Source of the DNA: an uncultured Chloroflexota bacterium
Lineage (GTDB): Bacteria > Chloroflexota > UBA11872 > VXNJ01
Assembly: GCA_964631365.1 (NCBI GenBank)
Contig: CAZVZW010000001.1
Location: forward strand, 1 to 32,857
Length of the DNA stretch: 32,857 nt
Direction of reading: 5' to 3'
The notes below the pieces were generated by a model. That model had not been told where the DNA came from, did not search any database, and saw only the letters and a program-made list of their open reading frames with translations. A program made the translations under genes and the position numbers. The first letter of the stretch is position 1; each line of letters opens with the position of its first letter. Shown here one piece after another: positions 9,559-18,461 of this stretch.

Positions 9559-10719
9559 ATGTACCAGCCACAGAAATCGGACATGTTCACGTTTGGCCTC
9601 TGGACCGTCGGCAATCCGGGTCGTGACCCGTTTGGCGATGCCGTGCGCGGGGTGATTTCGCCCGAGCGCATGGTCGAGAAGCTCGCCGCCCTGGGCGTCT
9701 ACGGAGTCAACCTCCACGACAACGACCTGGTCCCCTTCGACGCGACTCCGAGCGAGCGCGACGCGATCGTTGCCTCCTTCAAACAGGCGCTGGCCGACCA
9801 CGGCCTAAAGGTGCCGATGGCCACCACCAACCTCTTCACGCACCCCGTCTTCAAGGAAGGCGCGTTCACCGCCAACGATCCCGAGGTGCGTCAGTTCGCC
9901 ATCCAGAAGACCATGCGCGCCATCGATCTGGGGATCGAGCTTGGGGCCGAGACGTACGTGTTCTGGGGTGGCCGCGAGGGCTCCGAAGTTGATGCCGCTA
10001 AAGACCTGCCCGGCGGCTACAAGCTGTTCCGCGACGCGCTGAACTTCCTGCTCGGCTACGTCCGCGACCAGGGTTACAACCTGCGCTTCGCGCTGGAGGC
10101 CAAACCCAACGAGCCGCGCGGCCACCTGTTTCTGCCGACCACCGGCGCGATGCTGGGATTCATTGAAACGCTCGACCATCCCGAAATGTGCGGCGTCAAC
10201 CCGGAGGTTGCCCACGAAACGATGGCCGGGCTGAACTTCCCCCACGCGGTTGCCCAAGCCATCGACGCCGGCAAGCTCTTCCACATCGACCTGAACGACC
10301 AGGACATGGGCCGCTACGACCAGGATTTCCGTTTTGGCTCGGTTCAGATCAAGAACAACTTCTTCCTCGTCAAGCTGCTCGAGGACAGCGGTTACGCCGG
10401 CCCCAAGCACTTCGACGCCCACGCCTATCGCACCGAAGACGAGGACGGCGTGTGGGACTTTGCCTACGGCTGCATGCGCAATTACATGATTCTCAAAGAG
10501 AAGGTCCAACGCTTCAATGACGACGCCGAGATCCAGGGAATCCTGAAGGGCCTAAACCCACCATTGAGCGGCTGGGATCGCATTTCCGGCGGGTATTCTT
10601 CCGACGTGGCGGCGGCGATTAGTTCACAAGAATTTGATGTTGCCGCCATGGCCGGGCGGGGCTACCAGTACGAGAAGCTGGACCAGTTGGCCATCGAGAT
10701 CATCATGGGCGTCCGCTAG
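9559..10719 (+). CDS. xylA: Xylose isomerase, class I (short, Thermus/actinobacterial type)
   Basis: [65 protein letters not shown]; 386 aa. Confidence 0.97.
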   Translation: MYQPQKSDMFTFGLWTVGNPGRDPFGDAVRGVISPERMVEKLAALGVYGVNLHDNDLVPFDATPSERDAIVASFKQALADHGLKVPMATTNLFTHPVFKEGAFTANDPEVRQFAIQKTMRAIDLGIELGAETYVFWGGREGSEVDAAKDLPGGYKLFRDALNFLLGYVRDQGYNLRFALEAKPNEPRGHLFLPTTGAMLGFIETLDHPEMCGVNPEVAHETMAGLNFPHAVAQAIDAGKLFHIDLNDQDMGRYDQDFRFGSVQIKNNFFLVKLLEDSGYAGPKHFDAHAYRTEDEDGVWDFAYGCMRNYMILKEKVQRFNDDAEIQGILKGLNPPLSGWDRISGGYSSDVAAAISSQEFDVAAMAGRGYQYEKLDQLAIEIIMGVR

Positions 10720-10800
10720 GGTTAAGCCACCAGCCGGGTCGGACTCCCGATAGCGCCGCCATTGGGTGTGACGGTTGGGCCGTCTGCGGGCGATATGCGT

Positions 10801-10818
10801 CGGCGGCCAAAGCCGCCG
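10801..10818. terminator. GC hairpin between convergent xylA and the EF-G paralog
   Basis: CGGCGGC-caaa-GCCGCCG, 7-bp stem, 6 nt past the EF-G paralog stop; no U-tract. Confidence 0.3.
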
Positions 10819-10824
10819 GTCGGG

Positions 10825-12852
10825 TTACACCTCCTGCTTCTTGCACTCGGCGATTACCGCCGCCTGCAGGTGCTGCGGCACTTCGTCGTAACGAGCGAAC
10901 ACGGAACCAAACGTCCCGCGCCCCCGGGTCATCTGCTTGAGATCGATAGAGTAACGTTGCGCCTCGGCCAGCGGAATCTCGGCCGTGATAATCGTCTCCC
11001 CGGCGTCTCCCTGGTCGGTGCCGCTGACTCGTCCACGTCTTGAATTCAGGTCGCCTATAACCGCCCCGGTAAACGCGTCGGGCACGTGGATGTGGAAATC
11101 GTGAATCGGTTCCAGAAGAGTGGGGCGCGCCTCCGGGGCGCCTTCACGAAAGGCCAGCGCGCCGGCCAACTGGAAGGCCTGATCGGACGAGTCCACCTGG
11201 TGTTCCTTGCCGTCGACCAGACGGATGCGGAATCCGGCGGTTGGGAACCCCGCCAGCACCCCATCCACAGCCGCGCCGCGCACGCCCTTTTCGACCGCCG
11301 GGACAAAGTTGCGCGAGATCGCGCCGCCGCGAATCTCATCCAAGAATTCGATCTCATCCCCGCTGCCCGGCACCGGCTCCAGCACAATCGTGACATCGCC
11401 GAACTGCCCGTGCCCGCCCGATTGGCGTTTGAAGCGCCCGTGGGCGGTGGTCGTCTTTGTCAGGGTCTCCTTGTAAGGGACCTGCGGCGGAGACACGTCC
11501 ACCTGGGCGCCGAATTTCTGCTGGATCTTCTCGAGGGCGATGTTTACGTGTGAATCGCCCATGCCCCACAGCAGCGTCTCGCCGGTGGCTTGGTCACGCA
11601 TTACCCGGAGGGTCGGATCTTCCTCGGTCATGCGGTGTAGGGCGGTGCCCAGCTTGTCTACGTCAGACTTCGTGCGCGGCGAAATTGCCAGCGCCATGTT
11701 CGGCTCCGGGAAGTCGATGCCCGAGACGGCCGAGCCGTTCTTGTCGGCTACCAGGGTGTCGCCGGTGAGCGTGTCGGAAAGCTTGGCGACCGTGCAAATG
11801 TCTCCGGCCACGATGGCCGGAACCTCGGCGTGCTGTCGTCCCACCGGGCAAAGCACATGCCCCACGCGCTCGTCGGATCGCTTGTTGATGTTGTGCGCGG
11901 AGGTGTTGGTCGACAGTTCCCCGGACAGCACCTTCAGGAATGTCTGGTGCCCCAATTGCGGGTCCACGATGGTCTTGAAGGCCAGCGCCGACAGCTCGCC
12001 GTTACTACTTTCCAGCGACTCGGCGGCATTGGGCAAGAGATCCACGATCGCGTTCAGGACCTCGCCAGAACCCAGGTTCTCGGTGCTCGACATGCACAAC
12101 AGCGGGAAAACCGAGCGCTCGCGGATGCCGGTGTGGAGGGCGGCCTTCATCTCCGCTTCCGTGATCTCTTCGTCTTCCAGGTATTTCTCGGTCAGTTCGT
12201 CATCGACGGCCACGACCGTGTCCAGCAACTCGTCGCGCTGGGCGCTGGCGTCGTCCAGTCGCTCCGCCGGGCAGTCCACTACTTTGCTCTTGGCGTCGGT
12301 GAACTCGATGCCCTTCAGCCCGAGCAGGTCCACAACGCCGGTGAAGCCGGTGCCCGATCCGTACGGCAGTTGCACCGCCGCAACCGCTCCGAAAGCCTCG
12401 CGCAGACTCTCGACCACCCCGGTGAATTCGATATTCTCGCGATCCATGCGGTTCAGCACGAACATCACCGGCAACTCGGCCTGGCCGGCGAACTTCCACG
12501 CCAACTCGGTGCCGACCTCGATCCCCGCCTGGGCGTCGATGACGATCACGGCGGCGTCGGCCACCCGGGTGCCGGAGAGGATCTCACCAATGAACTCCGG
12601 GTCGCCGGGCACGTCGATCAGGTTGACCTTCGATTTATTCCACTCACAGGCCAGGACCGCCAGGCTCAGCGAGGTGTGATGGCTCACTTCTTCCGGCTGG
12701 TAATCCGAGGCGGTGTTGCCGTCCTCGATCTTGCCCATCCGGCTGGTGGAGCCTGTTGTGAACAGCATCGCCTCGGCGACCGAGGACTTCCCGGCCCCCT
12801 TCTGCGACAAGAGAACTACGTTGCGAATCCGGTCGGAAGAGTACTGCTGCAT
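10825..12852 (-). CDS. Elongation factor G paralog (EF-G2 / EF-G II type)
   Basis: Full EF-G domain layout (IRNV, GAGKS, DVPG, EEDPTL, GMGDSHV, QSGGHGQFG, HQVDSS, LLEP, GDLNSRRGR) but lacks HIDAGKTT/RGITI and is outside the rpsL-rpsG-fusA-tuf operon. Confidence 0.92.
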   Translation of the reverse strand: MQQYSSDRIRNVVLLSQKGAGKSSVAEAMLFTTGSTSRMGKIEDGNTASDYQPEEVSHHTSLSLAVLACEWNKSKVNLIDVPGDPEFIGEILSGTRVADAAVIVIDAQAGIEVGTELAWKFAGQAELPVMFVLNRMDRENIEFTGVVESLREAFGAVAAVQLPYGSGTGFTGVVDLLGLKGIEFTDAKSKVVDCPAERLDDASAQRDELLDTVVAVDDELTEKYLEDEEITEAEMKAALHTGIRERSVFPLLCMSSTENLGSGEVLNAIVDLLPNAAESLESSNGELSALAFKTIVDPQLGHQTFLKVLSGELSTNTSAHNINKRSDERVGHVLCPVGRQHAEVPAIVAGDICTVAKLSDTLTGDTLVADKNGSAVSGIDFPEPNMALAISPRTKSDVDKLGTALHRMTEEDPTLRVMRDQATGETLLWGMGDSHVNIALEKIQQKFGAQVDVSPPQVPYKETLTKTTTAHGRFKRQSGGHGQFGDVTIVLEPVPGSGDEIEFLDEIRGGAISRNFVPAVEKGVRGAAVDGVLAGFPTAGFRIRLVDGKEHQVDSSDQAFQLAGALAFREGAPEARPTLLEPIHDFHIHVPDAFTGAVIGDLNSRRGRVSGTDQGDAGETIITAEIPLAEAQRYSIDLKQMTRGRGTFGSVFARYDEVPQHLQAAVIAECKKQEV

Positions 12853-12900
12853 ATCGGAGAACTCCCTTCGGTCCGCGTGAGCGGCCAGTGATCCGGCCGT

Positions 12901-14157
12901 TTGGCGCGTCGCCGGGGGATTGAATCCCGGCGCGCAATTTCAGGTTCGGAGATTATAGTCATGATTGCCGGACGATGGCTCCGGCGCCTGCCGGCGGTGT
13001 CCGGCGGGATGTCATCCCCGGCAGGCAGGTCCCGTTTGTCCCGAGAGAAACCGTCCCGACTGGTCGTGAAATGCGGCTCGTCGCTATTGATGCATCCGGA
13101 GACCGGGGCGAACGATGTCTACATCACCGGGCTGGTCGGCGAAATCGCCCATCTGGTGCGTGACGGCATCCAGGTTGTGCTGGTGGCTTCGGGTGCCATT
13201 GCCATGGGACGTTGCGTGCTCGGCGAGTCCGGCGATGACAGCACCCTGGCGCGACAGGTATTGGCCGCGGTCGGGCAGACTCCCCTGATGACCACGTTCG
13301 CCGCGCGCTTCGAAGAATTCGGCATCAACGTGGCCCAGGCGCTGCTGTCGCGGGGGTCGCTGAATCAGCGCGACGGCTACCTTAACGCCCGCAACACATT
13401 GATGGAACTCATGGGGCGCGGCATCCTGACCATCGTCAACGAGAACGATGTCGTTGCCACCGAGGAGCTTCAGATCGGCGATAACGACAGCTTGGCCGCC
13501 CTGGTGGCCAACCTGGTCGATGCCGATCTCCTGGTGATGCTCACCGATGTCGACGGCTATCTGGCCACCGACGACGAGGGGCGGACCACGGTGGTGCCGT
13601 CGGTCGAGCACATCACCCCGGAGATGATCGCCGCCGCCGGCGGCGCCGGCTCGGCGGCCGGCACCGGCGGTATGCGGACCAAGCTCGAGGCCGCCGGCTT
13701 GGCCACATCTCACGGGGCCACGGTGATCGTCGGACCGGGAATCTTGGAGCGGTGCCTTACCCGCATCGTCGCCGGTGAAGCGATCGGAACGACGTTTGTC
13801 GCCACCGGCGACCGCCGCGAAAGCCGCAAACGCTGGATGCTGACCGATCTCGCGCTGCGCGGCCGGGTCATGGTCGACGCCGGCGCGGCCGACGCACTGG
13901 TGCAGGCGGGGCGCAGTCTGTTGCCGGCCGGTATCGTAGAGCAGGCGGGCGAATTCGGGCGCGGCGACCTCGTGGCGGTGGTTGGGCCCGACGGAACGGT
14001 AGTCGCCCACGGCCTCACGAACTACGCCGCGGCCGACCTGCAGCGCATCGCCGGCCGGGATTCTCGGCAGATCGCGGCCATACTCGGATTCGAGTACGGG
14101 GCCGAGATCATTCACCGAAATAACCTTGTGTTGATTGGAACTTCGGTAACATCGTGA
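12901..14157 (+). CDS. proB: Glutamate 5-kinase with C-terminal PUA domain
   Basis: VVKCGSS, SGAIAMG, AAVGQ, NENDVV, GDNDSLAALVA, GTGGMRTKLEAA, SLLPAGI, IHRNNLV. True start is probably downstream (about 13009-13036). Confidence 0.96.
   Translation: MARRRGIESRRAISGSEIIVMIAGRWLRRLPAVSGGMSSPAGRSRLSREKPSRLVVKCGSSLLMHPETGANDVYITGLVGEIAHLVRDGIQVVLVASGAIAMGRCVLGESGDDSTLARQVLAAVGQTPLMTTFAARFEEFGINVAQALLSRGSLNQRDGYLNARNTLMELMGRGILTIVNENDVVATEELQIGDNDSLAALVANLVDADLLVMLTDVDGYLATDDEGRTTVVPSVEHITPEMIAAAGGAGSAAGTGGMRTKLEAAGLATSHGATVIVGPGILERCLTRIVAGEAIGTTFVATGDRRESRKRWMLTDLALRGRVMVDAGAADALVQAGRSLLPAGIVEQAGEFGRGDLVAVVGPDGTVVAHGLTNYAAADLQRIAGRDSRQIAAILGFEYGAEIIHRNNLVLIGTSVTS
12952..12957 (-). promoter_or_regulatory. 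Putative -10 box (TATAAT) for the EF-G paralog
   Basis: ATTATA on + strand = TATAAT on - strand, 100 nt upstream of ATG 12852. Confidence 0.45.
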
Positions 14158-14173
14158 TCTGGCCCCGAGAGTT

Positions 14174-15478
14174 TTGGACAGGAATCACCCGGTGAGTTCG
14201 CCCACGGTCCCCGTGAAGACTGAGACTGAAATCACGCGTAAGGCCCGCGCGGCGAAGGCCGCCGCGAGGCCGCTGTCGGTGATGCCGACGGCGCGTAAGA
14301 ACAACGCCCTCGCGGCCATGGCGACCGCGCTGCGCGAAAATGTCCTGGCCATCCTCGGCGCCAACGCTGAAGACGTGGATGCGGCCCGCGAAAACGGTAT
14401 GGAATCGGCAATGGTCGATCGCCTCGCGCTGGACGCGGACCGGATCGAAGGCATGGCGTCGGCGCTCGAAGACCTGGTCGCGCTCCCCGATCCTATCGGT
14501 GAGACCATCGAGGGCGGCTACGTGGAAAGCGGACTCGAAGTGGCCCGTCGCCGGGTGCCGCTGGGGCTTGTCGGGATCATCTACGAGTCCCGTCCCAACG
14601 TCACCGTGGACATCGCCGGCATCTGCCTGAAATCCGGCAACGCGGTGCTTCTGCGTGGCGGCAGTGAGGCCCGCCACAGCAATCGCGCCCTGCGCGAGAT
14701 CATCTACGTCGCTTCGCTCACCGCCGGGATGCCGGCGGACTGGTTGGGCCTGATCGAGAACACCGACCGCGCCCTGATCGGCGAGATGCTGCGCCTGAAG
14801 GAGTACCTGGACGTCATCGTGCCTCGCGGCGGCGGCGGCCTGGTCTCATTCGTGGCCGAGAACGCCACCGTGCCCATCCTGGAGACCGGCTTCGGTGTCT
14901 GCCACACCTACGTTCACACCGCCGCTGACCTCGACAAAGCCGCCGACATTGTTTGTAACGCCAAGACCCGCCGGGTATCGATCTGCAACGCGCTCGACTC
15001 ATTGCTGGTCGACCGTGAAGTGGCCGCTCGGTTCCTTCCCCGGGTGGCGGCGCGCCTGACCGAGGCGGGAGTCGAGATTCGGGCCACCGAAGACGCTGCG
15101 GACGCCATCGGCGACGCGGCCGGGACAACGCCGGCGACGGTCGAGGATCTCGACACCGAGTTCTTGGCGCTCCGCATGGCCGTCAGCCTGGTTGACGGAC
15201 TGGACGCCGCGCTGGCCCACATCGAGCGGCACGGCTCCGGGCATTCGGAGGCGATCGTCACCGAGGAGCAGGCCGTGGCACGGCGCTTCCTCAACGAGGT
15301 CGACGCCGGTGTGGTCTTCCTGAACGCCTCGACCCAGTTTACCGACGGTGGCGAATTCGGCCTGGGCGCGGAAATCGGAATCAGTACGCAGAAACTGCAC
15401 GCCCGCGGCCCGATGGGGATCCGCGAGATGACAACCTACAAATGGGTGGTCGTCGGCGACGGCCACACGCGGCCCTAG
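14174..15478 (+). CDS. proA: Gamma-glutamyl phosphate reductase
   Basis: VPLGLVGIIYESRPNVT, LKSGNAVLLRGGSEA, PRGG, CNALD, NASTQFTDGGEFGLGAEIGISTQKLHARGPMG. Confidence 0.97.
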   Translation: MDRNHPVSSPTVPVKTETEITRKARAAKAAARPLSVMPTARKNNALAAMATALRENVLAILGANAEDVDAARENGMESAMVDRLALDADRIEGMASALEDLVALPDPIGETIEGGYVESGLEVARRRVPLGLVGIIYESRPNVTVDIAGICLKSGNAVLLRGGSEARHSNRALREIIYVASLTAGMPADWLGLIENTDRALIGEMLRLKEYLDVIVPRGGGGLVSFVAENATVPILETGFGVCHTYVHTAADLDKAADIVCNAKTRRVSICNALDSLLVDREVAARFLPRVAARLTEAGVEIRATEDAADAIGDAAGTTPATVEDLDTEFLALRMAVSLVDGLDAALAHIERHGSGHSEAIVTEEQAVARRFLNEVDAGVVFLNASTQFTDGGEFGLGAEIGISTQKLHARGPMGIREMTTYKWVVVGDGHTRP

Positions 15479-15482
15479 CGGC

Positions 15483-16166
15483 ATGGGCGAATCCGGCTCT
15501 GACCGTGGCTTGACCGTTCGCGATCTGCGTGAGGATCCGTTTATCCAGAGTCTCCTCACCAGCGCCAACGCCAACCTGGACGCCGCCGGCTACACCGAGC
15601 ACGGCCAGCGCCACGCCGACCGGGTTTCGGACCTGTCGACCCGGCTCCTGACCGATCTCGGCTACGCGGAGAGAACCTGCGAACTCGGTGGCGTGGCCGC
15701 CTACCTGCATGATGTCGGCAATGTCATCGCCCGCGACCGTCACCACATCTCCAGCTCTTTTCTGGCCTACGACCACCTGCGCCGAGCGGGTATGCCGGTA
15801 GAAGAACTCACCCCGGTGCTCGGTGCCATCGGCAACCACGAGGAGTCGATCGGGGTACCGGTGGGCGCGGTGGCGGCTGCCGTAATCATTGCCGACAAGT
15901 CGGATGTGCACCGCAGTCGCGTCCAAAACGAAGACCGCGCGAGTTTCGATATCCACGATCGCGTCAACTGGTCGGCGGTGGCGTCCGATCTGCAGGTCGA
16001 TCGCGAGGATCGTGTTATCACCCTGGGGATTTCCATCGACACGGCGGTATCAACGGTGATGGAGTATTTCGAGATCTTCCTCAGTCGCATGGTGATGTGC
16101 CGGACGGCCGCCGAGAAGCTTGGTTGCCGTTTCGAATTGCTCATCAACGGCCAACGACTCAGCTAG
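15483..16166 (+). CDS. HD-superfamily metal-dependent phosphohydrolase
   Basis: TEHGQRHA, AAYLHDVGN, GNHEE, IIADKSD; starts 4 nt after the proA stop. Confidence 0.88.
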   Translation: MGESGSDRGLTVRDLREDPFIQSLLTSANANLDAAGYTEHGQRHADRVSDLSTRLLTDLGYAERTCELGGVAAYLHDVGNVIARDRHHISSSFLAYDHLRRAGMPVEELTPVLGAIGNHEESIGVPVGAVAAAVIIADKSDVHRSRVQNEDRASFDIHDRVNWSAVASDLQVDREDRVITLGISIDTAVSTVMEYFEIFLSRMVMCRTAAEKLGCRFELLINGQRLS

Positions 16167-16203
16167 TCGCGACACCCGCTCCACCCTCGTGAATGTAGGA
16201 TTC

Positions 16204-16227
16204 TTGACATGGTTTCGGTGCTACCAT
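16204..16227 (+). promoter_or_regulatory. Putative promoter elements upstream of the VanW gene
   Basis: TTGACA at 16204-16209 and TGcTACCAT at 16219-16227; the 12-nt spacer is too short for a canonical pair, so the extended -10 is the more credible element. Confidence 0.3.
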
Positions 16228-16262
16228 CCGCTTAGATAGTTCCGGGAGCGTTTACGCCCCGG

Positions 16263-18230
16263 TTGCGTCGGTGCTCCGGGGGGCACCGTGCCGAATTCCG
16301 GCACCGCAGATTGGAAGTATCAACCAGTGACGAACGCCGTCCTACGACTCACCGGGGCCCGCTAGCGATGGCGCCGCGCTCCCGTCGGGCATTCCTGGGC
16401 GCCGCGGCGCTGGTCGGCGGCTTCGCCGTCGGTGGCGGCGGGGCGTTCATGATCCGGATGGGTATGCGCCACAGCGGGCGATTCCTGCCCGGGATGATGG
16501 TAGAGGGCGTCGACGTTTCCGACCTCACGCCCGACGAGGCGGCCGACATGTTCGCGCTGCGCTGGCGGGACTATCTGGAGAACCCAGCTGTTTTCAAAGC
16601 GCCGGACCGTGACTGGCGACCCACCGCGGCCGATATCGGAATCTCCATCGACTACCTGACCCCGTTGCGGAAGGCCTACGTGTGGGGGCGCAGCGGCGGC
16701 ATATTCCAGCGGACCCGCGAGCAAATTCAGGCCGTCGCCTCGCCGCGCAACTGGCCCATCGAATTCGGCTTTGAGCGTGAGAAGCTGCGGGTCTACCTGC
16801 GCTCGGTCGCCTCCATGTATTTCCAGCCGTTCAATGACGCCGACGTCACCCTGACCGATGGCTCCATCCAATTTCGTGAGGCCCGCTCTGGAGTAGAACT
16901 GGACTGGGAGTCGGCTGTGGGGCTGGTCCGGGCGCCCGGTCCGTCGGCCGGGGTTCAGCAGATCGAAGTGCCGCTCCTGCAGACAACTCCGACCTACCCC
17001 ACCAGCACCGCCCGGCAACTCGTGTATGACACCGAGCGCCTGGTGGACACCCCGCTGGTGCTGCAGTTTGAAGGGGCCGGCTGGTTGATTCCCCAGGAAC
17101 AACTGCGGGCGGCGATCACTATCGACAACTCGGGGGAAACCCCCGTCGCCACGCTGGATCGCAACCAGTTGCAGCCGCTTTTCGATGAGATCGATGACAC
17201 CCTGAGCTTTCAGCCGATCCACGGCCAGCTCAACTACGACCCCGAGAGCCGGCGGGTTACCGAGTTCCAGTCCTGGTCCGACGGTCGCGGCCTGGACCAC
17301 CGCTCTCTCTTCGACCGCGTTCTCATCGCGGCCCGCTCCGGCCCGCCGACCGTAGACATACCCATTGTCGGCCGCCCCGCGGAACATTCCACGCCGGATG
17401 CCGCCGATCTGGGCATCGTCTCGATGCTCTCCGTCGGCGAATCGATGTTCATCAATTCCCCGAGTTATCGGATCCACAATATAGACACCGGCTCCGGGCT
17501 GCTGCACGGTTTAGTGGTGATGCCCGGCGAAATTTTTTCCTTTAACGACTACCTGGGCCCGATCGAGTACGATCGCGGGTTTATCGACGGGCTCGTGATC
17601 GTTGAAGACTCCACCGAAGATGCGATCGGCGGTGGTATCTGCCAGGTGTCCACGACCATGTTCCGCGCGGCATTCTGGGCCGGCCTGCCGATTCTGGAAC
17701 GCCATCGCCACCTGTATCGCGTCCGCTACTACGAGCAGGGCGGCAACCCGATCGGGTTCGACGCTTCGATCTGGCAGCCGACGCTGGATATGCGATTCAT
17801 GAACGACACCGACGGCGCGATCATGGTGAGGACGTTGTTCGATCGTCGCCGTCAGACGCTGAAGTTTGAGCTCTGGGGAACGCCGACCAATCGGCAGGTG
17901 GAGATTTCCGACCACCAACTCTCCAACTGGGTCGATTCCCCGCCGGACCAATGGGTGATCGATCCGGAGGAAGACCCGGAGTTCAAGGAGCAAACCGAGT
18001 GGGCGGTCAAAGGGGTGTTTGCCTCGCTAAAACGGCGAGTGTCAGTCGAGGGTGAGACCCATCTCGAAGACACCTTCGGGTCCAGCTTCACGGCCTGGCC
18101 GAACCGCTACATAGTGAGTCCCGACATTGCCGAGACAGAGGCCCCGGACGCCTACGCCGAGTGGTTGCTGGGAGGCGACGCCGGCGACGGCGCGACGCCG
18201 GAAGCCCCTACAGAGGGCGAATCCGGCTAG
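16263..18230 (+). CDS. VanW family protein with peptidoglycan-binding (YoaR-like) N-terminal repeats
   Basis: RIHNI, PGEIFSFNDYLG, GGGICQVSTTMFRAAFWAGLPILERHRH, GFDASI, DMRFMNDT; N-terminal SRRAFL + hydrophobic helix. Start probably 16311 or 16368. Confidence 0.9.
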   Translation: MRRCSGGHRAEFRHRRLEVSTSDERRPTTHRGPLAMAPRSRRAFLGAAALVGGFAVGGGGAFMIRMGMRHSGRFLPGMMVEGVDVSDLTPDEAADMFALRWRDYLENPAVFKAPDRDWRPTAADIGISIDYLTPLRKAYVWGRSGGIFQRTREQIQAVASPRNWPIEFGFEREKLRVYLRSVASMYFQPFNDADVTLTDGSIQFREARSGVELDWESAVGLVRAPGPSAGVQQIEVPLLQTTPTYPTSTARQLVYDTERLVDTPLVLQFEGAGWLIPQEQLRAAITIDNSGETPVATLDRNQLQPLFDEIDDTLSFQPIHGQLNYDPESRRVTEFQSWSDGRGLDHRSLFDRVLIAARSGPPTVDIPIVGRPAEHSTPDAADLGIVSMLSVGESMFINSPSYRIHNIDTGSGLLHGLVVMPGEIFSFNDYLGPIEYDRGFIDGLVIVEDSTEDAIGGGICQVSTTMFRAAFWAGLPILERHRHLYRVRYYEQGGNPIGFDASIWQPTLDMRFMNDTDGAIMVRTLFDRRRQTLKFELWGTPTNRQVEISDHQLSNWVDSPPDQWVIDPEEDPEFKEQTEWAVKGVFASLKRRVSVEGETHLEDTFGSSFTAWPNRYIVSPDIAETEAPDAYAEWLLGGDAGDGATPEAPTEGESG

Positions 18231-18294
18231 CCGCGCGTTCGGCGGTTGCGGCGGCTGTCCCGGCGCGGCTTGGTTGCCGGGGGTGCCGGTGCAC

Positions 18295-18300
18295 TAGAAT
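18295..18300 (+). promoter_or_regulatory. Putative -10 (TAGAAT) for tRNA-Pro
   Basis: 13 nt upstream of the tRNA 5' end. Confidence 0.4.
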
Positions 18301-18313
18301 CGATCCCGTCGAG

Positions 18314-18391
18314 CGGGGCGTGGCGCAGTCTGGTTAGCGCGCGTGCTTTGGGAGCACGAGGTCCGGGGTTCGAATCCCCGCGCCCCGACCA
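18314..18391 (+). tRNA. tRNA-Pro(TGG)
   Basis: Acceptor stem CGGGGCG/CGCCCCG, D arm GCGCAGTCTGGTTAGCGC, anticodon arm CGTGC-TTTGGGA-GCACG, T arm CGGGG-TTCGAAT-CCCCG, encoded ACCA end. Confidence 0.97.
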
Positions 18392-18461
18392 CCGGCCAGG
18401 AGCGGTGGTGCCCGTCCGGCACGCGCAGCTTGGCCTCAAGCATCCGGCGCGGTCCGGGCAG

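Noticed and set aside
12853-13040. T-box leader for proBA
   Set aside because: No GGTGGTACC-type T-box, and the region is too short and shared with a divergent promoter.
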